This document shows, in pieces, positions 10,080 to 20,129 of a DNA stretch of 64,000 nt. The notes under the pieces were generated by a model. That model was not told where the DNA came from, did not search any database, and saw only the letters and a list, made by a program, of their open reading frames with translations. The DNA is from Candidatus Poribacteria bacterium (lineage in GTDB: Bacteria; Poribacteria; WGA-4E; WGA-3G): NCBI GenBank assembly GCA_965242965.1, contig OZ251518.1, forward strand, positions 3,648,001 through 3,712,000. The letters run 5' to 3'. The first letter of the stretch is position 1. Each line of letters begins with the position of its first letter. Both the position numbers and the translations under genes were made by a program.

Positions 10080-11273
10080 TTATGATAGTTTTTGCAACCG
10101 TTCCGGCCGATACGGCGCGAACAAATCCACTCGCGCGCCCTCGGCAATCTCTAACGCCGCCATCTCTCCCACCAAAGGTGCTAACGTCACGCCGCTGTGC
10201 ATCAAGGTAATATACAAATTCGGCACCGCTGACGTAAATCCAAGCACTGGAAACCCATCTAGCGGCATTGGACGATAGCCAACCGGGGTAGCGATTGCTG
10301 TCGCATCCCCTATTTCGGGCAAATAGGTTTTGGCGCGAGCGAGGAGCGCGTCAGCATGCCGTTGCGAAGCGTCGCGATTTATTCCCTCTTGTGTGCCCTG
10401 CCCAATCCTGAGACTGCCATCGGCGAGTTGCCGTAGATGGAGATGCTGATGCACATCATCGTTCGGAGGTGCGTGAATAACGGCGACGTTGTGGAGAACC
10501 TCGGCGCAAGGCGTTGTCTTAATCACAATCCCCGGACTCCGTTGCTGTGGAATAGAGACATCTACAAGCGATGCCAATTCAGTAGTTTGAACGCCACTGG
10601 CTAAAACGGCGACATCGCATGGGAATTCAGCGTCTGCTGCTTTCACGGCAGTGATGCATCCGTTGCGTTTGACAAAGCCGGTGACTGTCGTGTGCGGATG
10701 CACAACTACGTGCCGAAGGCAGGCATCAATGAATATGTCTGTCTCTACGTGCAGTTCAGCCTCGGAAAGGGAGGCGGCTAGCACGGGGCCGGGGGAGAGA
10801 TGCGGTTCCAGTGCCTGCATCTCCTCACGCGAGATAAGTCGGCACGGATACCCCCAATTTTGGAGTTGTCGGATGCGTTGCTTCAGACGTTCGGCATGCC
10901 CAGGTAGGTTTTCCCACCGCATCTCGCCGCCGGGACGCAAGCCGATATCGGTATTGAGTTGATGCGCGAGCCGGTACCACATATCCAGCGAACGCCGATT
11001 GAGCGAGTGGTAATGCCCCGGGTCCTTCCCGAAAGCGTTCACCCAGGCGAAAGAGTGTTCGGATGCGCCCCTGCCCGGCACGTCGCGTTCCAGCACTGTC
11101 ACGGAAATATGTGCGCGCCGTGATAGATGATAGGCAAGCGAGGCACCGATGATGCCCGCGCCAATGATGATAACGCGGAGAGATGGATTTGAGGCCATAG
11201 CAGCATAACTTGGCAGGCGCGCTTTCACATCGCGCCTACCGGAAAGATTGGCACTAGCGGTGTGCAACGACAA
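10080..11273 (-). CDS. FAD-dependent oxidoreductase (DAO/glycine oxidase-like)
   Basis: IIGAGIIG, GASEHSFAWVN, GYRPMPLDGFPVLG, HSGVTLAP; true start may be 11198. Confidence 0.88.
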   Translation of the reverse strand: MSLHTASANLSGRRDVKARLPSYAAMASNPSLRVIIIGAGIIGASLAYHLSRRAHISVTVLERDVPGRGASEHSFAWVNAFGKDPGHYHSLNRRSLDMWYRLAHQLNTDIGLRPGGEMRWENLPGHAERLKQRIRQLQNWGYPCRLISREEMQALEPHLSPGPVLAASLSEAELHVETDIFIDACLRHVVVHPHTTVTGFVKRNGCITAVKAADAEFPCDVAVLASGVQTTELASLVDVSIPQQRSPGIVIKTTPCAEVLHNVAVIHAPPNDDVHQHLHLRQLADGSLRIGQGTQEGINRDASQRHADALLARAKTYLPEIGDATAIATPVGYRPMPLDGFPVLGFTSAVPNLYITLMHSGVTLAPLVGEMAALEIAEGARVDLFAPYRPERLQKLS

Positions 11274-11883
11274 TAAACCCAGTTAATCCGGCAAGCAACA
11301 GATGGAAGCCGGTTTGATAAAACAGCATCAGAAACGGTTGACACAGGGAGACGAGGCCGAGCGCGATGAGTCCGATGGAGATGCGTTCACACACCGTCGG
11401 CCGCGCAGCGACAATTGAGAAGAGGGTTATCCCCGGCAGTAGCAAATGGAGCGCGGTACCGTTGAGACTCGGAACGAAGCGTTGATAGAGAAACGCAATG
11501 CCGATAACGGTGCAGAGTGCGGCAGTGACGGTAGTCCATCGCTTCGCCGAAGTTGTCATGCCAAACGCGATTGCCCCGGCAAAAAGGAGATGAAACGCTG
11601 AACCGCGCAGGGATGCCAATCCAGGAAGATAGAGGAACGCCAGTCCAATGAGCAAGCAGAGTCCTGCGCCGATTTCAACCCGCCGTTTGTTCGCGAAAGC
11701 GATGCCGCCGAGAATTGCGGCGATGCTCAGCAGCACCAGTGCTATGCCTTTCAGCAGCGTTCCTCCGCGATAGAGGAAGACAAGTCCGAGTCCAAGAAAT
11801 CCGATTGCGAGGAGTTGATTTCGTTTCGTTTTTGCCATCTGTGTCAACTGTGTTAACTGTGTCAACTGAGTCATCTGAATCAT
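11254..11883 (-). CDS. Hypothetical polytopic membrane protein
   Basis: About 8 hydrophobic segments with internal repetition (AFHLL/ALHLL/GFHLL). Confidence 0.7.
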   Translation of the reverse strand: MIQMTQLTQLTQLTQMAKTKRNQLLAIGFLGLGLVFLYRGGTLLKGIALVLLSIAAILGGIAFANKRRVEIGAGLCLLIGLAFLYLPGLASLRGSAFHLLFAGAIAFGMTTSAKRWTTVTAALCTVIGIAFLYQRFVPSLNGTALHLLLPGITLFSIVAARPTVCERISIGLIALGLVSLCQPFLMLFYQTGFHLLLAGLTGFIVVAHR

Positions 11884-11907
11884 CGCGATGTCTCAAAACC
11901 GGGCGCG

Positions 11908-12396
11908 CTAATTACGCCCTGGGAACAGACGTTTCACCCACGTCGTCTCTTTCTCCTTTAGCTGGAGTGTCAAGTCTTCAACCTGTGCGTAGAGGTTTTG
12001 GTTTTCCTTAACCTTCGCGATGAGCTCGTCGTTCTCTGCGTCCAGCGCATCGACTGTCTCCCGGAGGTGCTGATTTTCGCCGCGCAACGCCTGATTTTCC
12101 TCTTCCAAGTGCGCGTTTATATCGGTGATATGCGTGAGATGCACCACCTGACAGATGAGATTCTCGATGATGTCATCTGTCGGCATGTTGTAAGAGAGTT
12201 TCTTAATCAACGGCGCGAGTCCATCGATGCGGAGTTGCAGTTGTGGCAGTGTCGTGCCGTTTGCCTCGGCGCGCACGGAGACGACACGCAGATACGGTTC
12301 AATATCCGCGTCCCGACGTTCCAGTGTGTTTTTGATGATTTCTTCCTCAACGCCTATGGTTTCGGAGACGTTGGAGAGCGGCATGTAAAATTCCAT
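11908..12396 (-). CDS. Hypothetical coiled-coil protein
   Basis: Heptad-rich C-half, ends TWVKRLF; operonic spacing. Confidence 0.65.
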   Translation of the reverse strand: MEFYMPLSNVSETIGVEEEIIKNTLERRDADIEPYLRVVSVRAEANGTTLPQLQLRIDGLAPLIKKLSYNMPTDDIIENLICQVVHLTHITDINAHLEEENQALRGENQHLRETVDALDAENDELIAKVKENQNLYAQVEDLTLQLKEKETTWVKRLFPGRN

Positions 12397-12407
12397 TCCA
12401 GATTTTC

Positions 12408-13025
12408 CTAGGTTTGCCGCCGAGCGGCTTTTAATTCGCGGAACATGTGCCGTGCGTAACTCACCGTCGAGATAACGACAAACACTAGCGCGACGCAGAG
12501 ACTATAGAATTCAACCTTCGCCGGCAGCTGCGGCAAGATGGGCCGGAGAAGATAGAACATCAGCGCAATAGAGAGCGCGAAACTGGTGCATTTTCCCCAG
12601 AGGTTTGAGCGGGTAATCATCTTCGCCTTGTATGCCAGCACCCCGTTGCCGAGCACAATGGCGACATCACGGACGACAATGACGACGAACGCCCAATTCG
12701 GGAAATTCGTGCTTGATAAAACGAGCGCGAACAACGCCGCGCCGATAGCCAGTTTGTCTGCAACCGGATCCAAGATGTAGCCGAGTTCCGTGTGTTGATT
12801 AAAACGCCGGGCAAAAAACCCATCCAAAAGATCGGAGATGACAGCAACCGCACCACACGCAGACGCAAACTTCCATTGCGAGCGATAAATAAAATAGAAG
12901 AGAAAAGGTGTCAGCAACAGCCGGAAAGCAGATAGCAGATTGCTGACATAGAAAAAATCCCGCCGTGAAATGCGAATCGCCCGGGTTTCAGTAAATTGGT
13001 GAACAGGAGCCTTGAGGGTTGCCAT
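12408..13025 (-). CDS. CDP-alcohol phosphatidyltransferase (PgsA/cardiolipin synthase-like)
   Basis: SDLLDGFFARRFNQHTELGYILDPVADK signature. Confidence 0.92.
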   Translation of the reverse strand: MATLKAPVHQFTETRAIRISRRDFFYVSNLLSAFRLLLTPFLFYFIYRSQWKFASACGAVAVISDLLDGFFARRFNQHTELGYILDPVADKLAIGAALFALVLSSTNFPNWAFVVIVVRDVAIVLGNGVLAYKAKMITRSNLWGKCTSFALSIALMFYLLRPILPQLPAKVEFYSLCVALVFVVISTVSYARHMFRELKAARRQT

Positions 13026-13029
13026 ACGA

Positions 13030-13686
13030 TTAATTATTGCGTGCCATTAACCGGAAGGATAGCCGCCGGTTCTCGTCTTTGAGAATGGCGATTTCGCGCG
13101 TGAGGAGCTCCTCTAATCGGACAGTCTCCAACAACACTTGTCTTTCCTCAAGCGAGATGCGGAGCCGCGTCCCGATTTGATAGGCGAGTTCCAAGGGATG
13201 TTCTGGGTTTTCCTCTGTCGGCTGCCATGCAAACATCAGGCGGCTGGATAAGTGCTCATAAGTTTGATAGAGCACCGCGATTTCTTCCGCGAGGGATTCT
13301 ACCTCCGGTTCAACTTCCAACGCGAATTCATCGTCTAACAGCCGCACCTGCGCGACGAGATAGGGGAGCTCATCCTGAACGTCAAGAATTTCAAAGCGAT
13401 ATTCCCCTGCCGTCACGATGTTCATGCGGCCGTCGGGCAAATGCTGGACATCCAGTATCCGCGTGGCGGTGCCGACGCGATAGGACTTCACCGGTTCACC
13501 CGTCTCTGCACCCCCGTTTATCAAAACAACCCCGAACTCGGAGTCGGTGTCCAAACAGTGTGTCACCATCTCGCGATACCGCGGTTCAAAGATATGAAGA
13601 GGTAACACGCCACCGGGAAACAGGACTACCTGCAGCGGGAACAGCGGAATCTCTCGTTCATAAGGTGTCAATGAATCTGTCTGCAT
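13030..13686 (-). CDS. Lon peptidase N-terminal (substrate-binding) domain protein
   Basis: IPLFPLQVVLFPGGVLPLHIFEPRYREMV. Confidence 0.92.
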   Translation of the reverse strand: MQTDSLTPYEREIPLFPLQVVLFPGGVLPLHIFEPRYREMVTHCLDTDSEFGVVLINGGAETGEPVKSYRVGTATRILDVQHLPDGRMNIVTAGEYRFEILDVQDELPYLVAQVRLLDDEFALEVEPEVESLAEEIAVLYQTYEHLSSRLMFAWQPTEENPEHPLELAYQIGTRLRISLEERQVLLETVRLEELLTREIAILKDENRRLSFRLMARNN

Positions 13687-13800
13687 GTGAAACGCTACTT
13701 CCTCATCATGGCTAATAGCTCGCTAACTTTTCTGTGATTTCTCACAAGTTTTTAATTATTTTGACATAAAACCTTAAATTTGTCAAGTTTTTTTAATTAT

Positions 13801-14533
13801 TTGAGGGTGTTTCATAATTCCGTTTCGGTATTTATCCTGCCTTGGCGGGCAGGCGAATACCGGCAGGCATTGGGCCCACCTCTGTAGTTCGGGAGCGCCT
13901 GCTCCCGAACGGGTCAAGATCAGGCGATCTTGACCTACAGGAGTGAGGCGGTCTGCCACCAAAACGCATGGCGAGGGACAGGCCCTCGCCCTACGGTGAA
14001 AAGGAGGGTTCTCCGCCCGTAGCGCGGGGGCCTGTCCCCCGCGTTGGTCATCGTCAAGTTATGTTTTAGGTCCTTTAGGTCCTTAATGTCTATAGCAGCA
14101 CGTGTCGTACCGTTTTCAAGGTCCTTTAGGTCCTTAATAAAAACACGCGCGGCCCTGGCAAAATCTATTAAGGACCTAAAGGACCTTAGCGTTCTTCATG
14201 GATGCGCGGGCTATAGACATTAAGGTCCTACGGACCTAAGAGAACAAGAGACATTTTTTTTTGCGTAGCGCGAGGCATGGCGAGGGGAACCCTCTCGCAT
14301 GCGCGTGTGGCATCCGAGGGCCCTCGCCCTACGGTGAAGTGCCGTTTTTCCCCGTAGCGCGGGGGCCTGTCCCCCGCGATTGTTGGAGTGCGCGGACGAT
14401 GGCGAGGGAAACCCGCTCGGATGCGCGTGTGGCATCCGAGGGCCCCCGCCCTACGTGAAGGGGGGGGCGTTTTTTCATCGTAGCGCGGGGGACAGGCCCC
14501 CGCGCCGTTGAGCGATTTATGAAACACCCTCAA
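13801..14533. mobile_element. MITE/REPIN-like composite: REP cluster bounded by perfect 17-bp terminal inverted repeats
   Basis: TTGAGGGTGTTTCATAA (13801-13817) and TTATGAAACACCCTCAA (14517-14533) enclose several hairpin families; no transposase. Confidence 0.7.
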
Positions 14534-14652
14534 GTAAGTCTACCTTATTTTCTGAAAAAAAGCAAATTGAATCGTGCTGATTTTTCTCTTGATTTTCTTC
14601 GCGAAACATGCGATACTATCTGTCAAGACGCTATAAACGGAGGAGAAAACCC

Positions 14653-15129
14653 GTGAATGCAATCAACCTAGGAAACGCGTTAGCAAAATCGAAGGACATC
14701 GCGCTTGAATTGCTTACCAGTGCCCTCTCCCGAACGCGGGTGGAACCGATAGGAACCACAGGCGTGAAAGCACACTGGACAGGCGAACCCGGCGCAAACC
14801 GCGTCGCGGTAAGCGGCCGCGCCGGCAACGTTGATATTGAACTAGATGGCCCCCACGCGCCCACCGTCGAATATGTTGAACAGGGAGAAAAACGCATCGT
14901 CGCCTTCAAGAATCTGAAGGATATCTCCTGCGAACTTGACCCGGGGACGCTGGACAAGATTGCCACACCGAAAGGCGCGGCAATTGCGGCATGCGCAGGC
15001 GCAGCTGTCGGATTATTCGGATGGTTCCTCATCTCGGTGCTGCGTTCAGTTTCCATAGCTGCGACAGACACAGACGATGCTGCGGCACCTGCCATCGCCT
15101 CAGAAGCAGAAAGCACCGACGAACCTTAA
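14653..15129 (+). CDS. Hypothetical protein with one C-terminal TM helix
   Basis: GGAGGAG RBS before GTG 14653; hydrophobic AAIAACAGAAVGLFGWFLISVL. Confidence 0.6.
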   Translation: MNAINLGNALAKSKDIALELLTSALSRTRVEPIGTTGVKAHWTGEPGANRVAVSGRAGNVDIELDGPHAPTVEYVEQGEKRIVAFKNLKDISCELDPGTLDKIATPKGAAIAACAGAAVGLFGWFLISVLRSVSIAATDTDDAAAPAIASEAESTDEP

Positions 15130-15137
15130 CGAAAACG

Positions 15138-16334
15138 ATGAAAATTATCGCCATTGATGCGTTCTATTTGCGGATGCCTGACATCACGGATGCCGCGGAT
15201 GGAACGCAAGATACGCTGCTTATCCGCGTCCGCACCGATGCCGGTTTGGAAGGCTGGGGTGAATGTGATGCGTCGCCGCTTGTCTCCATTGCCGTTTATT
15301 GTTGCCCGATGTCGCACGGGAATATCATCAACATCCGCGAATCGCTGATAGGCGAAACGTTGGAGAGTCCTGACGATGTGCTTCGGCTTCACGAAAAGGT
15401 GATGCGGAACGCGTTGGACATCCAACACATCCAACACGCCTATAGCGGCGCGGACATCGCCTTGTGGGATATCATCGGACAGAAAGTAGGCAAACCTATC
15501 TACCGTTTGCTCGCCGAGATGTCCGGCACTTCCGACACCGCGCACGCCAAAATTCCTTATGCATCAGTGCTTTTTGGCGATACACCGGAGGATACCTATC
15601 GTATCGCCGGAGGATTACGCGAACAGGGATATCGCGCAGCGAAATTCGGATGGGGGCCGATGGGGAAATTCGGCGAGGCAAACGACATCGCACTGGTGCG
15701 CGCAGCGCGCGAAGGAATGGGAGAAACGGCGCAAGTCATGCTTGACGCGGGAGTCGCCTGGGGACACGATGACGCGACTGCCTATGCACGCGCCGAAGCG
15801 TTCGCGCAATTTAATCCGACGTGGTTAGAGGAACCCCTCGCACCGGATGCGATTGCAGCGTATGGCGCGCTCGCGCAACGAAAACCGCCTGTCCCGATTG
15901 CCGCAGGCGAAGGCTCAAGCACATACCGAATGGCGGAAGACCTGGTTGTGCATGGCGGGGTTCAATTCGTGCAGATTGATGTCGGGCGTATCGGCGGCAT
16001 TACAACCGCTTTTCGCGTCCGGCAACTCGCGGAAAAAGAGGGGATTCAGTATGTCAACCACACGTTCAAAAGCCACTTGAGTCTCGCCGCATCTTTGCAT
16101 GTTTTCGCGACGAACGCCGATTTTGCGCTGCTAGAATATCCGGCGGCCGGTTCGGCATTATCCCAGCAGTTAACGACAGAACCGTTGCGCATTGCGTCTG
16201 ATAAGTTGGTGCGCGTGAAAGATGCCCCAGGGCTCGGCATGCGCGTGAACCTTGAAACGCTGCGTAGGTATGCCGCACCAGTGCGAATTCAGGTGGGAGA
16301 GGCGACGGTTTTTGAGTCATCATCTTTGGCGTAA
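15138..16334 (+). CDS. Mandelate racemase/muconate lactonizing enzyme (enolase superfamily)
   Basis: GLEGWGE, SGADIALWDIIG, KFG, MLDAG, WLEEP, AAGE, DVGRIGGIT. Confidence 0.92.
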   Translation: MKIIAIDAFYLRMPDITDAADGTQDTLLIRVRTDAGLEGWGECDASPLVSIAVYCCPMSHGNIINIRESLIGETLESPDDVLRLHEKVMRNALDIQHIQHAYSGADIALWDIIGQKVGKPIYRLLAEMSGTSDTAHAKIPYASVLFGDTPEDTYRIAGGLREQGYRAAKFGWGPMGKFGEANDIALVRAAREGMGETAQVMLDAGVAWGHDDATAYARAEAFAQFNPTWLEEPLAPDAIAAYGALAQRKPPVPIAAGEGSSTYRMAEDLVVHGGVQFVQIDVGRIGGITTAFRVRQLAEKEGIQYVNHTFKSHLSLAASLHVFATNADFALLEYPAAGSALSQQLTTEPLRIASDKLVRVKDAPGLGMRVNLETLRRYAAPVRIQVGEATVFESSSLA

Positions 16335-16461
16335 AGGTGTCGCGATTTTTACGCTCCGCCGGTGATTCACTCTAACCGTTTCCAAAATGGCTTCTTTGTC
16401 GTAAACGCAATTGCCTAATGCACATTTCACTGAGGCATTCTGGCTTGTTAGGCACATTTAT

Positions 16462-16722
16462 TTGAGGATGTTTCATAAATTGCTCAACGTCGCGGGGGAC
16501 AGGCCCCCGCGCTACGATGAAAAAAACGCTTTCCCTTCACGTAGGGCGAGGGCCTGTCCCTCGCCGTGCGTCTGGCTGTCAGACCGCATCCCTCCCTGTA
16601 GTTCAGGATCGCCTGATCCTGATCCGTTCGGGAGCGGGCGCTCCCGAACTACAGAGGTAGGCCCAATGCCTGCCGGTAGGAGATGCCCATTGGGAAGGCA
16701 TTGATATATGAAACACCCTCAT
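16462..16722. mobile_element. TIR-bounded REP cluster
   Basis: TTGAGGATGTTTCATAA ... TATGAAACACCCTCAT enclosing GTAG hairpins. Confidence 0.7.
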
Positions 16723-16737
16723 TTATTTAACAAGTCT

Positions 16738-18192
16738 CTAGTCCCCAAATGCACCCGCCACCAAGACAAGATCTCGGATGTTTACCACGCCATCGCCATT
16801 CACGTCAGCACTATTTTTGCCAGTCTTTCCGAACTGAGCGGAAACCAACACCAAATCCTGAATGTTGATAACCCCATCGCCGTTTATATCTTCCGCGCGT
16901 CTCGCTGGCTGCGCGGTAGCCGTAAAACGCAGCGGCTGTGGAATACCATCGACAGTTACGAGGACTTCATTGAGCCCCGGATTCGTCCCTAGCGTCAAGA
17001 TGACTTCGGCGCGCCCTTTTGCATCGGTTATGGCAGTTGTGGCACTCAGGCTGCCGCCGCCGCTAGCAACGGCAAACCGCAAAGGCACACCTTCAAACGC
17101 CTGCGCTGGGGTGTCGCCATCTTTTATCTCCACGACAAGTGCATGCGGCAGCGTCGCGCCGGAGATTGCTTGCTGGTTATCCCCCGCGACTTTCAGCAAC
17201 TTCGTTGGTATGCGAGGGGTAAACGTTAACTTCGCAACGCCCCTGGCTTGGAGGACAGGAATGTGCGTGTAAATGGAGCGGTAATTCAGGGGATTATTGG
17301 CCAATAAAACCTCATCTCCTGCACCCACGCCGGTATTTTCTACAAGCGGCGAGATGTCGACAATAGCGTTGCCATCAAGTTCTAGCCTTGACAACTCCGT
17401 TAGTCCTGACACCGCTGAGATGTCAGTGATAGCGTTGCCATCAAGTTCTAACCATGACAAGGCTGTGAGTTCCGCTAGCGCAGAGATGTCTGAGATGCGA
17501 TTCTCCCATAACAGCAGGGTTGTCAAGTTTGTGAGTGCTGCTAGCGCGGAGATATTTTCTATCGCGTTGCGATAAAGATACAACCCTGTCAGGTTTGTGA
17601 GTGCTGCCAGCGCGGAGATGTCTTCTATCGCGTTATCGGCAAGATGGAGCACTTCCAATTTGGTTAATTGAGACACCGCGGAGATGTCAACGATGGCATT
17701 ATCTCCGAGCCCGAGTGCTGTCAGGTTTGTGAGTGTTGCCAGCGCGGAGATGTCCGCAACCGCGTTTGACTCAAGCACCAGCACCCTCAGATTCTGCAGT
17801 CCCGCCAGAGGCGAGATATCCACGATTCTGTTTTTGGTAAGCCGGAGTTCCGTTAGTTTCGTGAGTGCTGCCAGCGCGGAGATATCCGCAACCGCGTTTG
17901 ACTCAAGCACCAACCTCTCCAGATTCGTCGCCTTCTCCAAGCCGGTGAGGCTGTGAATGTTCCTACCTGACAAGTTGAGGTTATTTATCCATATCATCTC
18001 CGCCTCGGTTATCTGTTCGCCGGCGTTTTTGCCGAGTGCTTCCTCAATTGCGGCGCGGAGATTCCGGTCTGGGATATTCACTGCCTTTCCCTGAGCGAAA
18101 GTTAAAGCCGCAACACAGAGGGTAAGACTAGCGATTAAGCATAAGACAAAAAACTTCGTCATGAAATTATCAAGTCCTTTGGTTTCCATCAT
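16738..18192 (-). CDS. Secreted internalin-like LRR protein with Ig-like (Big_1) and dockerin-like EF-hand domains
   Basis: Signal peptide, IPDRNLRAAIEEAL cap, about 10 22-aa LRRs, KVAGDNQ..TDAKGRA, EDINGDGVINIQDLVLV..DVNGDGVVNIRDLVLV; GGAGGAG RBS before ATG 18192/18189. Confidence 0.88.
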   Translation of the reverse strand: MMETKGLDNFMTKFFVLCLIASLTLCVAALTFAQGKAVNIPDRNLRAAIEEALGKNAGEQITEAEMIWINNLNLSGRNIHSLTGLEKATNLERLVLESNAVADISALAALTKLTELRLTKNRIVDISPLAGLQNLRVLVLESNAVADISALATLTNLTALGLGDNAIVDISAVSQLTKLEVLHLADNAIEDISALAALTNLTGLYLYRNAIENISALAALTNLTTLLLWENRISDISALAELTALSWLELDGNAITDISAVSGLTELSRLELDGNAIVDISPLVENTGVGAGDEVLLANNPLNYRSIYTHIPVLQARGVAKLTFTPRIPTKLLKVAGDNQQAISGATLPHALVVEIKDGDTPAQAFEGVPLRFAVASGGGSLSATTAITDAKGRAEVILTLGTNPGLNEVLVTVDGIPQPLRFTATAQPARRAEDINGDGVINIQDLVLVSAQFGKTGKNSADVNGDGVVNIRDLVLVAGAFGD

Positions 18193-18228
18193 TCTCCTCC
18201 CTAAAAAATCAATAGATAACTCTTTAAA

Positions 18229-18822
18229 TTGAGGGTGTTTCACAAATCGCTCAACGTCGCGGGGACAGGCCCCGCGCTGCGGTGAAAAAACGCCGCCCCT
18301 TCACGTAGGGCTTGGGCCCTCGCATGCCACACGCGCATGCGAGAGGTTCCCTTCGCCATGCCTCGGTCGCAGAAACGGCCTTGGCCGGCGGGTGGTTTTC
18401 GCGCGGGTTGACGATCGCGGGGGACAGGCCCCCGCGCTACGGTTAAGACTGATGCCTTCTACCGTAGGGCGAGGGCCTGTCCCTCGCCATGCGTTTTGCT
18501 GTCAGACCGCATCCCCTTGTAGATCAAGATCGCCTGATCCTGATCCGTTCGGGAGCGGGCGCTCCCGAACTACGGAGGTGGGCCCGATGCCTTCCGGTAG
18601 GAGATGCCCAACACTCTAGTTTGTGAGCACCTAACGTCTGGCAGCATCAAGACGAGGAGGGCTCTCCTACCGAAAAGAAATCGAGACCAGGAGGTCTCTC
18701 CTACGGGGAAGCCATCGAGTTATGAAACCTCCTTTAAATTCAGTTAACGCGGATGCGGATTTTCGATGCCGATGCTTTTGCCTCAATCGGGCCACGGCGA
18801 GGGACAGGCCCTCGCCCTACGG
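18229..18822. repeat. TIR-bounded REP cluster plus trailing REP
   Basis: TTGAGGGTGTTTCACAA at 18229; TTATGAAACCTCCT at 18720; REP at about 18795-18822. Confidence 0.75.
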
Positions 18823-18902
18823 AACACAGGCAAGCGCGCGCGCGCCGAATGCGCCGAAAACAGGCACTCGCCCGACAGAACACAGGCAATCTTCAGGAAT
18901 AC

Positions 18903-19967
18903 CTAAAACTCCCCAGAAACAGAAATCCGCTGTGAACCGCCGAGGGTGTGCGTATTGAACGCATAATCAACGAAGAACGCCATCGTATTCACCTTCACGC
19001 GCAATCCCGCGCCGACAGAAAGTCCCTTCCCATTCCAACCGCCGCGCAAGGCAAGCGTGTTAAAAAACCAATACTCCGCACCCGCACGAAGAAGCATCCC
19101 ACCTGCGGAGGTCGCGCCTTCCCCCAGGTCTGCCTGCCCAGTCTCGACATCCGCGCCGATACTCCCTCTGCCGAGACGCGGCACGCTAAAGTGATACGCC
19201 GCGCCGAATCGGAGCCGCCGCCCGCGGGTAAATGTCGGTTCGTCTGGCGTATCCCACGTGACTTGTGTGCCTGTCGCATCCAGCAGCAGCGCACCGAGGC
19301 GAAGTCCCTCATAAGGTTCAACGATGACACCGATATCCACACCGAACCCGCGCCCGGTATTCTCAAAAATTGCCTGATTGAGCAGTTTTAAGTTCCCACC
19401 GATAGCCGCTATCCGATGAAGCTGGCGCGCATAGGAGATGAGGATGGCAGTATCGGTGTTGCTGAAATACTCGGCGACTTCGGGCCGGTCGATGTAAGGT
19501 TCGCCATCTTCCTTGATGCCGTTGCCGTTTTTGTCCTGAAAATCGCCCAAGATGCCGTTGTTGTTGGTATCCAAGAACGTCGTGCGCGGAATATCGTCAA
19601 CGCCGAGGCGCAGCCAACTCACACCGACGCTGCCGATATCTTCGATTTGGTAGACATAGTTCACGAAATTGTAGTTCACCAAGCCGCGGCTCAGCCAACT
19701 CCCCTCTCCCGAACTAAACGTATCGGCATACATCGCCGAAAAACTGTGTGTTTTGACTTGCGTCAACCCGGCAGGATTCCAATAGGTAGCGGTGGCATCA
19801 TCAGCGATAGCGACGAACGCGCTCCCCATGCCTAAGGCGCGCGCGCCGACTCCGTGACTGAGGAATTCGGCGGCGTGGCTGCCTTCATCAGCGGCGACAA
19901 GTGGCACGAGAAGAACGAGGAGAAGGACGGTTTGTGCGAAAAAGTAGGTTTTTGTTAATGTCAGCAT
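18903..19967 (-). CDS. PorV/PorQ (UPF0164)-family outer-membrane beta-barrel
   Basis: FLSHGVGARALGMGSAFVAIADDATATYWNPAGL, GAEYW..LALRGG, VDYAF, terminal Phe. Confidence 0.85.
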   Translation of the reverse strand: MLTLTKTYFFAQTVLLLVLLVPLVAADEGSHAAEFLSHGVGARALGMGSAFVAIADDATATYWNPAGLTQVKTHSFSAMYADTFSSGEGSWLSRGLVNYNFVNYVYQIEDIGSVGVSWLRLGVDDIPRTTFLDTNNNGILGDFQDKNGNGIKEDGEPYIDRPEVAEYFSNTDTAILISYARQLHRIAAIGGNLKLLNQAIFENTGRGFGVDIGVIVEPYEGLRLGALLLDATGTQVTWDTPDEPTFTRGRRLRFGAAYHFSVPRLGRGSIGADVETGQADLGEGATSAGGMLLRAGAEYWFFNTLALRGGWNGKGLSVGAGLRVKVNTMAFFVDYAFNTHTLGGSQRISVSGEF

Positions 19968-20129
19968 CGTTTTTGTATCGTAACGTGAGTTTTTTGTTTA
20001 TCCAAGCATGGCGAGGGACAGGCCCTCGCCCTACGAATAAAATATGAATAAAATAAATTGCAGAAAACCGCGTCGGTGTTTGAGCATTTTACTCGTTTTA
20101 CGAATAAAATACGGATAAAATGGGGTAGT

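Noticed and set aside
18193-18243. N-terminal extensions in the ORF track (also 14991-15137, 42103-42195, 45420-45491, 57490-57651)
   Set aside because: They run through repeats, promoters or neighbouring genes; downstream starts with RBS or signal peptides fit better
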